Below, one piece after another: positions 50,370 through 63,704 of a DNA stretch of 64,000 nucleotides. Position 1 is the stretch's first letter. Each line of letters begins with the position of its first letter. The translations under genes were made by a program, and so were the position numbers. The stretch lies in NCBI RefSeq assembly GCF_046119375.1, contig NW_027362767.1, positions 384,524,001-384,588,000 of the forward strand, read 5' to 3'. The stretch comes from Phyllobates terribilis (lineage: Eukaryota). The notes beneath the pieces are model-generated. The model was not told the origin of the DNA and ran no database searches. It was given only the letters and a program-made list of their open reading frames with translations.

Positions 50370-51954
50370 TACAGACCAAAAGTTTGGACACATCTTCTCA
50401 TTTAAAGATTTTTCTGTATTTTCATGACTATGAAAATTGTACATTCACACTGAAGGCATCAAAACTATGAATTACCACATGTGGAATTATATACTTAACA
50501 AAAAAGTGTGAAACAACTGAAAATATATCTTATATTCTAGGTTCTTCAAAGTAGCCACCTTTTGCTTTGATGACTGCTTTGCACACTCTTGGCATTCTCT
50601 TGATGAGCTTCAAGAGGTAGTCACCGGAAATGGTCTTCCAACAATCTTGAAGGAGTTCCCAGAGATGCTTAGCACTTGTTGGCCCTTTTGCCTTCACTCT
50701 GCGGTCCAGCTCACCCCAAACCATCTCGATTGGGTTCAGGTCTGGTGACTGTGGAGGCCAGGTCATCTGGCGTAGCACCCCATCACTCTCCTCCTTGGTC
50801 AAATAGCCCTTACGCAGCCTGGAGGTGTGTTTGGGGTCATTGTCCTGTTGAAAAATAAATGATGGTCCAACTAAACGCAAACCGGATGGAATAGCATGCC
50901 GCTGCAAGATGCTGTGGTAGCCATGCTGGTTTAGTATGCCTTCAATTTTGAATAAATCCCCAACATTGTCACCAGCAAAGCACCCCCACACCATCACACC
51001 TCCTCCTCCAAGCTTCATGGTGGGAACCAGGCATGTAGAGTCCATCCGTTCACCTTTTCCGCATCGCACAAAGACACGGTGGTTGGAACCAAAGATCTCA
51101 AATTTGGACTCATCAGACCAAAGCACAGATTTCCACTGGTCTAATGTCCATTCCTTGTGTTCTTTAGCCCAAACAAGTCTCTTCTGCTTGTTGTCTGTCC
51201 TTGCTGCACAAAGTCTCCTCTTAACAGTTGTTGTAGAGATGTGTCTGCTGCTAGAACTCTGTGTGGCATTGAGCTGGTCTCTAATCTGAGCTGCTGTTAA
51301 CCTGCGATTTCTGAGGCTGGTGACTCGGATAAACTTATCCTCAGAAGCAGAGGTGACTCTTGGTCTTCCTTTCCTGGGGCGGTCCTCATGTGAGTCAGTT
51401 TCTTTGTAGCGCTTGATGGTTTTTGCAACTGCACTTGGGGACACTTTCAAAGTTTTCCCAATTTTTCGCACTGACTGACTTTCATTTCTTAAAGTAATGA
51501 TGGCCACTCGTTTTTCTTTACTTAGCTGCTTTTTTCTTGCCATAATACAAATTCTAACAGTCTATTCAATAGGACTATCAGCTGTGTATCCACCAGACTT
51601 CTGCACAACACAACTGATGGTCCCAACCCCATTTATAAGGCAAGAAATCCCACTTATTAAACCTGACAGGGCACACCTGTGAAGTGAAAACCATTTCCGG
51701 TGACTACCTCTTGAAGCTCATCAAGAGAATGCCAAGAGTGTGCAAAGCAGTCATCAAAGCAAAAGGTGGCTGGTTTGAAGAACCTAGAATATAAGACATA
51801 TTTTCAGTTGTTTCACACTTTTTTGTTAAGTATATAATTCCACATGTGTTAATTCATAGCTTTGAGGCCTTCAGTGTGAATGTACAATTTTCAAAGTCAT
51901 GAAAATACAGAAAAATCTTTAAGTGAGGTGTGTCCAAACTTTTGGTCTGTACTG
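50367..51954 (-). mobile_element. Tc1 element (MARKKQLSKEKR family), second copy, inverted
   Basis: TA|CAGTACAGACCAAAAG ... GGTCTGTACTG|TA; ORF 50530-51543 is open but has a 39-nt in-frame deletion removing GLHGKIAARKPLL. Confidence 0.93.
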
Positions 51955-52196
51955 TATATATATAGATAGATAGATAGATAGGTGTAAAGATCCGAGGCTG
52001 TGGGTTGTAAGTAATCACCTAGGCAGATTAACAATGCAACAATCTTTTATTGATCACAGCCATGGTAGTAAGCAATTCCAGGTAAATGGCCAAAAAACAG
52101 TTCTCTCATTCCACAATAATAATATTAACAAAAATGGTGGTCCGTTGCTGGAAAAGTATCATAGTCTTTAGAAAATGGGCAGCTCCTCACAATAGG

Positions 52197-52245
<49 letters not shown>

Positions 52246-53469
52246 CTAAGAAAAATATGGAATAGAATAAAAATGGAGTACAAATGTAAAGCACCATGGA
52301 ATAAATGGTGCTATAATAATAAATAATAATAGTAATAATAATACAAAAAAATGCCTCTCTAGTCACCCTACACCCCCAAAGAAAATGCAAGGATTTGCAC
52401 ATACATTACATAAAAAACCCCTACAAATATTAGGTATCCATACCATTAGGTATAACCTAACATAAAGATATAAACAAAACAAAAAATTACACAATGAATT
52501 TCTGTATTGGTGTTGCAAAAAATTGTATGTAAATTACCCCCAAACAGCTAAATAAAATTATACTATTTCTTCTGCATCAAACAAGGATTCAAAGACGTGG
52601 ATTAGTTAAAAAGTAACAAAAACCCCACTACAATACAAAAAGGCAAAACCTTAAAAAAAAGAAGAGGGGTGGGGGTGATTTTTCATGAAGCCACTTTCAG
52701 ACCTGGTCGATTCGCCTTTCTGAGATATAATTTATTGGAGGTCATTGTTTGTAGTCTTCCTTCTGGGATTCTTTCAGAACATCTTTTTCCTTTTGCATCA
52801 GGACTTATTCACATTATGTATACATAAAAAAAAATCCAGCATTTTGCGCAATGCAGCAGCCGGATCGTGGATTGTTCCTGCAGATTTATGAAACAGACAG
52901 GTCTCAGCTTCCCAGGGATCAGAGGCGGTGGGAAGAGAAGGGGTATTTATTATTGCTTATACAGGTACCTGGGAACAAAAGCTTCTGTCCTCCCGGCCAC
53001 CAATCAGACTCATGGTTCTTGAGCACAAGAAATATGTCAGGGCTCTGATTGGTGGCGGACGCCCAATGATCGGAAAGATTTATTGACATATACCTCCAAC
53101 AGCAAGTCCTGACATACGCCCCTGAATAGATGGGCTGCAACGTATGCTGCCTGTAAACTTCATACAGTATGTAAAAAAAAATGTATATTTTTTGCAAAGT
53201 TGCGTTTTGTATAGGAAAGCAGCCCAGTCTGATGCACTCAAATTACAGCGAGCTGGGGTGACAATGCTTTGTCATGACAGACAGAGACATAACAATGGTC
53301 CCTATGGCTGACATATTGTTCCTCATGTTAGACCCAGTGAAAGGACTAGAATAAAGAGTTTAAAAAAAAGCTAATAGAAAAAGGAAAAAATTCAAAAATA
53401 AAATCACATTCCCCAAACTAGTGCTAATGAACACATCAACTCATCCTGCAAAAAGCCTTCGCACAGCTC

Positions 53470-54272
53470 TGTTTCCACGGACCGTGTGTCTGTGTGCTCC
53501 ACACGCTGACATGTCAGTTTTTGGATGATAGCACGGCTCACACGGACCCATTCAAGTCAATGAGTCTGTGTAAACACGTGCCGCACACGGATGGCATACG
53601 TGTGACACGTACCGACGCTTGGGAATCAGCAGTACAGTTAGCGCTGTTCCCAAGCACCGTGTGCTGAACTCTGCCCTCATCATTGTTCCCAGCTGGCGCT
53701 GTGATCAGCACCAGCAGGGACAATGATGAGAGTCATAGTCTGCTCCCTCAGTGTCCACCTTTAAAAATAAGAATAAAATAAAAAAATATATATACTCACC
53801 TGTCCAAAGTGTCCCCTGCTGTAATCCATGAGACCGATCACACAGAGGAACCGGGGAGAATGACTCCTGCAGCGAGCAAGTCCCGAGGCTGCGCTTAGCG
53901 AGCAGTGTCCTGTCACTCACTGAGCTCAGCGCAGCTCCAGGGCCCGCTCGCTGCAGTGGCTCATTCTCCCCGACTCCTCTGCTGAGCGGTCGCATGGATT
54001 ACAGAGGGGGACACTTAGGACAGGCGAGTATAAGGATTTTTTCATTTTATTCTTATTTTTACAGGTGAAGACACGGGGAACAGACTACTACTACTCTCAT
54101 CATTGTCCCTGCCAATGCTGATCTCAGCGTTGGCAGGGAACAATGATGGGGGCAACGTTCAGCACCCGGTGCTTGGGAACAGTGCTAACTGTACTGCTGA
54201 TTCCTAAGCAGCACACGGACACGGAAATTTCCGGTACCGTAAATATCTGGACGTGTGAAACCGGCCTTAGAC
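53470..54272. mobile_element. Foldback MITE (TAA/TTA-type)
   Basis: Arms CAGCAGTACAGTTAGCGCTGTTCCCAAGCACC...GGGACAATGATGAGAG and reverse complement CTCTCATCATTGTCCC...GGTGCTTGGGAACAGTGCTAACTGTACTGCTG; ends GTGAAACCGGCCTTA. Confidence 0.65.
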
Positions 54273-55832
54273 TAAATGATGTGATGCTTATCTCACATGG
54301 TGAACGCTATAAAAAAGAAAAGAAGAAAAAAAAATGGAAAATTGCTGTTTTTTATTCCCCCCAAAAAAGCTTTGCAAACATTATATGTATCCCAAAATGG
54401 TGCCATTGAAAAATACAAATTGTCTCACAGAAAAACGAGCCACCACTATCTCTGGCAGTCCCAAAGAGAATGGCCCCTTCTCTATTGCAAAGGGACATTT
54501 CAGAGTCCCATTCCGGAGATCGATGGGGCTCCCTGCAGTCAGGTCCCAACTGATCTGCAACTTATTATCTGGATAAGTGATAACTCTAAAGGCGCAGTCA
54601 GATGGCTGTATAAATCGGACCCAGATTGGGGTGCAGTGCACGGACTGGCCAGCGGATCTCCAGACTGGAGCCAGACAGTTTCAGATATTTCTATGCAGCG
54701 GTCACACTCGGGTCCGAGAATTGTGGTCCGATTAATATGGCCGTCTGACTGCGCCTTTAATGTTGACAATAACCCTTTAATGATCCCATACACAAATTAA
54801 GTAATTCTCCCACCATATTTTTTATAGCTTGATCAAAAAGCAATAATTGTAAAACATGAACCTGTAAAATGTATCCTGAAAGGAAACTCTTAGTGTACAT
54901 TCAACCTTAAGGCCAGGTTCAGACGGCCATATTGAAGATTGGGACTGTTACGACCATAAACTGTGGCGTATGCTCGTCCGCACAGGTGCCGGAGCTGCCT
55001 TTTATTGCATGCATTATGTGCCCACGTTGCGGACCTGAAGCATATTTTTTACGCTTCTCCCTGGCGGGAAAATCGCATGCGGATATTACATGCGGTTTTC
55101 CCGCCAGGTAGAAGCGTTTGTGAGGCGTCTTTGCATGCATTTCCGCATGCGGGTTATCAAGCACTTCTCCAAGCATCACTTGGAAAAGTGCTTGACAACT
55201 TGTTCAGAATGGTAAAAAATAAAAAAATTAACTTTATACTCACCTTCTGATGCATTCTCTGCCCCGTCCGGAGGCTTGAGCAGCTCACGCTGTTGTGTGC
55301 AGGACCTGCGGTGACGTCATTGTGTCATGTGGTGGGTCACATGACTCAATGACGTGGCAGGTCCTTCAGACAACAGCGCGACGGAGGGAAAACATCAGAA
55401 GATAAGTATAAACTTTATTTTATTCTTTTTTTTACAGGTTCTTTGGTACCCAGGTCTGGATGAGAGTCTCCTCTCATCCAGACTTGGGTACCATCCGCAC
55501 ATTGATTCCGCTGCGCTTCCGCAAAATTAATGAACATGCTGCGGATTTTTGACCGCAGCATATACGCTGCGGAAAAATCCGCAGCATGGGCATTGACATT
55601 GCGGAATGCCATTGGGGACCATGGGGTGCGGATATACATGCGTTTTTCAAGCGTTTACGCTGCGGAAATTCCGCAGCATATACGCTTGAAAAACGCTACG
55701 TGGGCACACAGCCTTATTCTGCTCCATAAAACGGAGCAATTGGTCAGCATATGGTCTGTGGTGCACAAGGACTTATTATATACTCGTCTGAACAAACCTG
55801 AAAACTGTATAATGCAGTAGATGTCATAAGAG

Positions 55833-57431
55833 CAGAGGGGCATGTATAAGTTTGGGCACCCCATGTCAAAATGACTGTTATTGTGAACAGTTCAGCAAGT
55901 TGTAGATGAAATTATCTCTAAAAGGCCTAAAGTTAAAGATGACATATTTCCTGTGTATTTTAGTAAAAAAAAAATTCATCTTTTATATTTCAAAAATTAC
56001 AAAAAGGATAATGCGCCGATGCTAAAGTTTGTACACCCTGCATGGTTAGTACCTAGTAGCGCCCCCTTTTGAAAGTATCACAGCTTGCAAACGATTTTTG
56101 TAGCCAGACATGAGTTTTTCACTTCTTGTTTGAGGGATTTTTATCCATCCTTCCTTGGACAATTCTTCCAGTTCTGTGAGATTCCTGGGTCGTCTTGCAT
56201 GCACTGCTATTTTGAGGTCTAGCCTCAGATTTGCTATGATGTTCAGATCAGGGGACTGTGAGGGCCATTGTAAAACCTTCAGTTTGCGCCTTTTTAGGTC
56301 GTCTATTTTGGATTTTGACGTGTGTTTAAGATCATTATCTATTTGTAGAAGCCATCCTCTTTTCAACTTCAGCTTTTTTACAGGTGGCCTCTTTTTTTCA
56401 AGAATTTGTTGAAATTTCATTGAATCCATTCTTCCCTCTACCCCTGAAATGTTCCCCGTGCCATTGGTGCAACACAACCCCAAAGCATGATTGATCCACC
56501 CCCATGCTTAATGGTTGGCGAGATGTTCTTTTCCTGAAATTCTGTGCCCTTTTTTCTCCGCACATACTTTTGATCATTGTGGCCAAAGAGTTCTATTATA
56601 ACCTTATCGGTCCACGGGACGTGTTTCCAAAATGCATCAGGCTTATTTAGATGTTGTTTTGCATACTTCTGACCCTGCATTTTATGGTGAGGACGCAGGA
56701 GAGGTTTTCTTCTGATGACTCTTCCATGAAGGCCATATTTGTGCAGGTGTCTCTGAACAGTAGAACAATGTACCACAACTCCAGAGTCTGCTAAATCTTT
56801 CTGAAGGTCTTTTGCAGTCAAGGGGTTTTGATTTGCCTCTCTAGCAATCCTATGAGCAGCTCTCACTGACATTTTGCTTGGTCTTCCAGACCTTATCTTG
56901 ACCTTCACTGTTCCTGTTAACTGTCATTTCTTAATTACATTTTGAACTGAGGAAAGGGCAACTTGAAAACACTTTGCTGTCTTCTTATAGCCTTCTCCCG
57001 CTTTGTGGGCCTCCACCATTTTCAGAGTGCTAGGCAGCTGCTTAGAAGAACCCATGCCTGGTGTCTTTTGCTGCAAGATTAGAGGAGGCTGGGTTTTTAT
57101 GAAGCTGGGAAATTTGCATCACCTGGCCTTTCCTAATGATGATAGTGAACAAGCCATAACCCTAACAGGCTAATGAAGGTCTGAAACCTTTATCAAAGTT
57201 ATCTGAGCGCACAAATCTCCAAGGGTGCCCAAACTTTTGCATCGACACATTTTCCTTATTGTAATTTTTAAAATGTAAAAGATGAAAATATATATATATT
57301 TTGGCCTAAAATACAAAGGAAATGTGTCATTAACTTCAGCCCTTTTAGAGATCATTTCATCTTCAACTTGCTTATCTGTCCACAATAACAGTAATTTTGA
57401 CCAGGGGTGCCCAAACTTTTACATGCCACTG
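55833..57431 (-). mobile_element. Old, degenerate Tc1 element (MGSSKQL...MVEAHKAGEGYKK family)
   Basis: Ends CAG(T/AGG)GGCATGTA.AAGTTTGGGCACCC; fragmented transposase about 57055-56046 (KHGGGSIMLWGC, SQSPDLN, KGGATRY) with several frameshifts. Confidence 0.88.
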
Positions 57432-60329
57432 TATGCACCCAATGGGGTATGTTCACATGGGACTTTTCTCACTACAGCAGAAAATCCACAGCGGCAAAAT
57501 CTGTACTTAAACACATGGTGATTGGCATGGATTTCCTTTGTGGAAATGTTCTGGATTTGCAGATTTAACCCTATTGCATTTCAAATTTACAGCGCTGGTC
57601 ATTTCCAGTGCAGATTTTGTAAAATACCGTCCACAATGGTAACACTGGTACTGTAATGTGTATCTCTGCATTTTCCAAAAAATCTTTTTGGACTGGTCCA
57701 CAGGTGAACAGGAAAATCCCCTGGTAGGCCCCTGTGCAGATAAAGCCACCACCCCTTTACATGAGCAGTAGTTGGCACAATACATTTAATTCACCATATA
57801 TAAACAATGGCAACATCATGTCTTTACATCAGTATGTGTAAGCAAAAACCAGGAGTGGGTGATAAATACAGAAGTGGTGACGTGTTTCTATTATACTTTT
57901 CCTCTGATTGTTCCACTCCTGGTTTTGGCTTACAAATACTGATGGAAAATACTGACCAAATACTGAACATGGCCTTACAGAATTGAGTAGCAATGTACTG
58001 TGCATCAGATAGGCACACGTAATTCCTTTTTACAGTCACTAGATGTCACTGTGGCTCCAGTATTGTCCTGCATTGCCATGTGGGTCAGTTCTAAGAGGAT
58101 CAAATCACTGGGCTAGCCGTTAACTCTTTAACTCCTGTTTATAAAGTCTTATATCAGGACAGACATACCAACAAATTTTAGGTAGGGCAAACCATTGTTA
58201 TATTTAATTAAGCAATAGAAAGTTAAAATAAACTTGGAAAAAGAGAAGAATAAAGGAACGATAAGTACACCTATATAATTATATCAGTCATCAGTAAATC
58301 TGCTATTCCAATCCATATAGGGATTACTAGTTATTCTGCCTGACACATGCACACCTGGATAGCATACTCCAGGGCTAAAACATTTCCATGTGTAACACAC
58401 TTATGCCTTCAAGCAACCAGGACTATTACTTCTGGCCTAATGCCAAAATCATTCCTGACTTCATCAGTTCACCAATGGAGCTGCACTATATTCTCATGCC
58501 GGAGGGTATGTGCACATGGGAGGTTTTTTTGTTTTAAGTGTGTCTGCTTTAAAAAAAAGTTTGCAAAATCACTTTAAAAACCTTTCTATTCATTTCTACT
58601 GTAAGGCTATGTGCACACAGAGTTTTTCAAGCAGAAACTTTCCAAATTTCAAAACTCCTGAAAAACGTTTTTCTGCTCCGAAAACTCAGTAAAAAGACTC
58701 TGTGTGCACATACCCTTAAAACAACTCCTGCTATCCATATGTCCAGTGTTTTAAGGTTTTGAAAAATCAGGAGGCTGCAAAAAGAAAAAAAATATATTTT
58801 AGGGTAAAAAAAAAGTCTCCCAAAACTCCTCAAAAACAGCTGTAGGAAATGGAAAAACTCCTCCAAAAACTCTCCCCAAAAAAGACATTTCCACTTGAAA
58901 TCTCGTTGTTTTCACTCTGTGTGCACATAGCCGAAATGTTAAAGTCACCGTCTGATTAGGGCCCCCTTTCAATATAGAAATAAGGCTGGGATTACATGTT
59001 GGCATTTGATGAGGACGTTTTACGTGGATTTCTAACTTGAAATCTGCAGCATTTTTTTGCCAAAATCCATGTGGATTTTCTGTACTTATTTATGTGCATT
59101 TTTCTTGCGAAAATGTGAAAATTTAAAAAATGTAATCTTCAAATTTAAGGGTCCCTGTTGAAATGAATGAGTAAAATCCGCACCAACAAAGTGGGTTTCC
59201 GCAACAGAAATTGACATGCAATGGATTTAAAAAAAAAAAAAGAATTATGTGCGGATTCTGCACCCCAAAAAAGCCACAGCATGTGGATGATATTGAGATA
59301 AAACTCACCAGCAATTCTAATGGTATTGTAAAATGTGGTGGATTGTAAGCGTGTAACGTTCGGCCCAAATACGCAAAGTGTGAACGCAACCAAATAAGTT
59401 CCATATTATGTGCTTACAAGCGAAACAATATAATATTGTTTTGTAAAATTAACGCTGATGCTTCTAAATGTAGTAATCCCAATGAATACAAAATGTAAAG
59501 CTCAGATCTATTATAGCAGAAATGGTTAAAAGGAACCTAATAACAGTAGATTCATACGGCCGGGGCCTACGTGTCTCGGACCAGTCCAAGGAAGGTCCAT
59601 GGCAGCAAGTAATTTCCTTGAGAAAGTTCCAAAGTTGAGCATCCTATTAAAACTGTATCTTGAAATGTTCTTATACTATTTATTTCTGATATCTTGATGC
59701 CTTATCAATAGGATTAATCTCCTGGTGGATCCTGATAACAGTGTCCGCTTTCCGGCAACACTCCCCCTATTCTATTAGGAAGAAGTTGTCATCTATCCAC
59801 AGGTTAGGTGATAACTTCTAGTTTGGTGGGCCGGGTCCCCCTGATCAGCACTGTTATCCCTGTTAGAAAGCTTTGCCAGTGTGCATACCCGACTGCCGCT
59901 CCATTCATTCTCTATAGGACCGACATAGTGATGGCCTGTTCTGCTGATCAGTGCGGGGCCCAGGAATCTACAGGTTATCACCTATCCTACAGAGAGGCAA
60001 CCATTTCTCCCAAGCAGAATACCCCTTTAGTCACGCACAGGCGTCTGGATCAACAATCAGTTCCTGCAGAGAGACTCTTCTTTTGCAGGATCGGCGATGC
60101 TCACTGGCAATTTGCAAGATGTAGGAAAACGTTATATTGTGGTCTAAATTCTCCTGTTCTGTATGGTGAGGACAGGATCCCTCTGGCCGGTCACAATCGT
60201 AATGTAATGTACGACTCTTTGATCGCGTGTATATATGGATCTGTCATCATTTTTTACTTTAGATTCTGTATGAACGTCATGTACCGGTCGTACTGCTGCG
60301 TTTATGGCAGTCATATTGTTTCCCTCTCA

Positions 60330-60663
60330 ATATATATGTGTATATACGTGTGTGTATGTATATATATATGTGTGTGTGTATATACGTGTGTATATAGATA
60401 TATACACGTAATGTGTGTTTATGTAATGTGTATACATATATGTGCGTGTATCATGTATANNNNNNNNNNNNNNNNNNNNNNNNNNNNNNNNNNNNNNNNN
60501 NNNNNNNNNNNNNNNNNNNNNNNNNNNNNNNNNNNNNNNNNNNNNNNNNNNNNNNNNNNNNNNNNNNNNNNNNNNNNNNNNNNNNNNNNNNNNNNNNNNN
60601 NNNNNNNNNNNNNNNNNNNNNNNNNNNNNNNNNNNNNNNNNNNNNNNNNNNNNNNNNNNNNNN
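60330..60663. other. (TA/TG) microsatellite followed by an assembly gap (204 N, 60460-60663)
   Basis: Direct read of the sequence. Confidence 0.97.
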
Positions 60664-60939
60664 NTCTCCTGGTAATCAGTATGTCAGTCTCATTCCTTCC
60701 CACCTGTCTGTCTCATTCCCTCACATCCCCTGTCTGTCTCCCTGCTACCTGTGCCCAGACACCCCCTCCCTCCCTCAGTCTGTCTCCCCTGCACACCTCC
60801 TGCCTCCTGCGTGCACTCCCCTTCCTCCGGCCCCCTCCTCCCTCCTCCCCGCAGCCTGTACCCCCTTCTCGTCCCCCCACCCCTCCTTCCTGTCTTTCCC
60901 CTCTCTTTGTCACCCACCTCCCCCTCTTACAGTACCCTA

Positions 60940-61115
60940 ACCCTCTCCACCAATCAGCGCCCTTCTCGGCCTCCCAGACCTGTCTCTCGCGCGGCACTCT
61001 GGGACACGTAGTTCCTTCCTGTCTCCCTGGCAGTCCACGGCTCGCTGCCTTAGAACTACAACTCCCGACGCACCCCGCGGCCGGCTTCCCTGAGCTTGGC
61101 CTGTGATTGGCTGCT
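60940..61115. promoter_or_regulatory. CpG-rich, housekeeping-type promoter, probably of ZFYVE1-like
   Basis: Two ACTACnnnTCCC (ZNF143/THAP11-type) motifs: + strand AACTACAACTCCC at 61054-61066 and - strand AACTACGTGTCCCAGAGTGC at about 60994-61013; CCAAT boxes near 60950 (+) and 61106 (-); local CpG enrichment. Confidence 0.6.
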
Positions 61116-62207
61116 GTGTGCAGAATGAATGAAATTGTACAGTATTGTGATATTAGAGGGGCTGCAGTGTTCCTGCTTAATACCCAGCAGCACCATGAAC
61201 ACAGCCCTGCACAATCCCCTCAAATCGTGAGTACAGTGTGTGTGGCATGGCGGGAGCCCATGTCCTGCATGTGTGTGAGTGCAGGCATGCATGCAGGCAT
61301 GACTAATATGGTATGTGCACAGCCAGCTCTCACCATGTAGAATGTATAGGTAATGTGCAGGCTGTGCCTACATCTATAGGTACATCCTGCATGGACAGGG
61401 AGCAGATTGCATGGATCTGATCTGTGCTGGGGGTCACACATGTGCAGCATGTCATCCATAGGCACCCTGAGCACATACATGGAGCAGGCACCTGGCTGCC
61501 ATTAGTCAGCAGTTCTCTGCCTGTCTGCACTGGGTATACACTGGGGGGGTCTCTCTGCAGAAAGGTCAGATGGATTGCACAGCAGATCTGAGCCCCCCAT
61601 GTACAGAGAGGGCATCAGACTGTGGCCATAGTGCGCATCAGACTGTGGCCATAGTGCACATCTGGAGGGACTGAGCCCCATGTGACCAACCGCTGGGCAC
61701 CCCTTCACTGCTGGACTGCACGCTCTGCACCCAGCCGGGCTCTGCCCTCATCCATCCCTGTGACATTCCCCCAGATTAAGCCTCCCCTCGTCTCCTCACT
61801 AATGCACGGATAATATAACATGGGCTTATACCCCCCGCCCCCTGCGGAGCTGCCAAATCTTCACACTTACTATATGTTACCTATGTTTCTTATAGCGTGA
61901 TTACTTTTGCATATTTCTGTGCTATTAGTTTTATTATTTGGATATATTTTATATATATTTTTTTTTATTATTTTTTTTTGGGGTAGTTGGTAAAAAGTCA
62001 GACGGCTAAAATTGTCTTGATTTTTGGTGATATTGCTGTTGCGTTTATATTCGGATGTCTTCTGAGTTGTGCGCGCTGGTTTGCTGTGCTGCAATATTGG
62101 GATCCATGTATCTAACAGATAGCAGCGCTGTCTGTGACCTGTCTGCGATTGCAGGGGAGCGCATTCATTGGATTTCTATATATGTGCAGGGGTATTACAT
62201 GTGCTCT

Positions 62208-62246
<39 letters not shown>

Positions 62247-63015
62247 TATACTGACATCAGTCGTATGATTTATTTATTTAGGGTTATTGGTTTCTGCTAT
62301 ATACTAATTTATGTCATTTTATGACAGCTCACTATTGGATTTTCATGTATGCTGCTGTGCATTACTATCGTATACAGATCTCTATTTATTTTACATAAAA
62401 ACCTTCTCATATATATATTTCTTTTACTTATTTGTAATTTTTCAGGAGAAAACATAAAGCTCCTGTTGTTGGCTGGATAACATCGACAAGATGCTTTTGA
62501 CTGATTTTTTTTTCCTATTATTTTTTTTTTATGCCGGTAGTCCTTGATTAGGTTGATTTATTTGTGTTACTTAAATGCATGTAAAAAGAAAAATTTTGTA
62601 AGTCGATTTCATTAAAAATTTAGCAACATTTGCCTTCAATAGCCTCTATCTTGCACTGTTCTGCAGATTGAGATAATTGAGATTTTGTCAGTGAGCTCAT
62701 TCTGACTCTGATGGTCAAAAGGGAGAGTTTCTAGCTCTCTTATCTGTGTGTTTCTGAGCTCTTCTCAGCTGATTTTTTGTTACCTTAGACCACATCGAAG
62801 TTGAATGCACAGGAGACAAAAAGCCTGTAAAAGTGAAACGGTGCAATATTTTTAATGAAAACCAATTATAGCAAATGATTTTTAGCCCCAAATACATGCA
62901 TTTAAGTAAAGAAAAAATAAAGTTATCCCAAGAGGTAGACAACCCCAGGCACGTAATACTGTCTTGTTATGAAAGACACTAAAAAGTGATCTCCAAATGT
63001 CTAACCTCCCCATTC

Positions 63016-63206
63016 TAAGGCCACGTTCACACGTTCAGTATTTGGTCAGTATTTTCCATCAGTATTTGTAAGCCAAAACCAGGAGTGAAGAGTCAGAGGA
63101 AAAGTATAATAGAAACACGTCACCACTTCTGTATTTATCACCCACTCCTGGTTTTGGCTTACAAATACTGATGGAAAATACTGACCAAATACTGAACATG
63201 GCCTTA
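63016..63206. mobile_element. Short palindromic MITE; a partial inverted copy lies at about 57826-57977
   Basis: TAAGGCCACGTTCACACGTTCAGTATTTGGTCAG ... CTGACCAAATACTGAACATGGCCTTA. Confidence 0.75.
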
Positions 63207-63704
63207 AGCATGGACATTCAATTTATCATCTTTAATCCTGTCTTCTCAGTTACATGATGGAAATTACTGTCACAGACTTTTGCAATTGTACAGATCTGAA
63301 TGATAATTGCTTTTACCACCTTAATACCTCCTGATGTCCTGGCGATTAACACATTAATGGCCAAGTGTTAGATATTCATACGCTAATTGAACTACATGGA
63401 GTCTCCTGGAATAATATACTGAGCAACTTGGTGCCTTAGGGGAAAAAAAATAGGCATAATTAGAATTGAAAGTAAAGTTGACTAGACTGCTTGCTGATGG
63501 TTTCCAGGGATATTTTTTTCTAAACTGCACACAGTGAAGAGTAAAGATGAGTATATGTTAAAATTGTTCATCTTTGATAATCCAAGTATTGTGCTAGTTC
63601 TACTCATAATTACTGACGATCCATTTTCTTACAATGAACCCACCCTACAAATATACATAGAACCGGAAATCAAACTACAGCTTCCAGTTCAGATAAGTGG
63701 CCAC

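Noticed and set aside
59808-61106. 432-aa ORF and overlapping ORFs
   Set aside because: They run through the N gap and through microsatellite or low-complexity sequence, with no recognisable motif.
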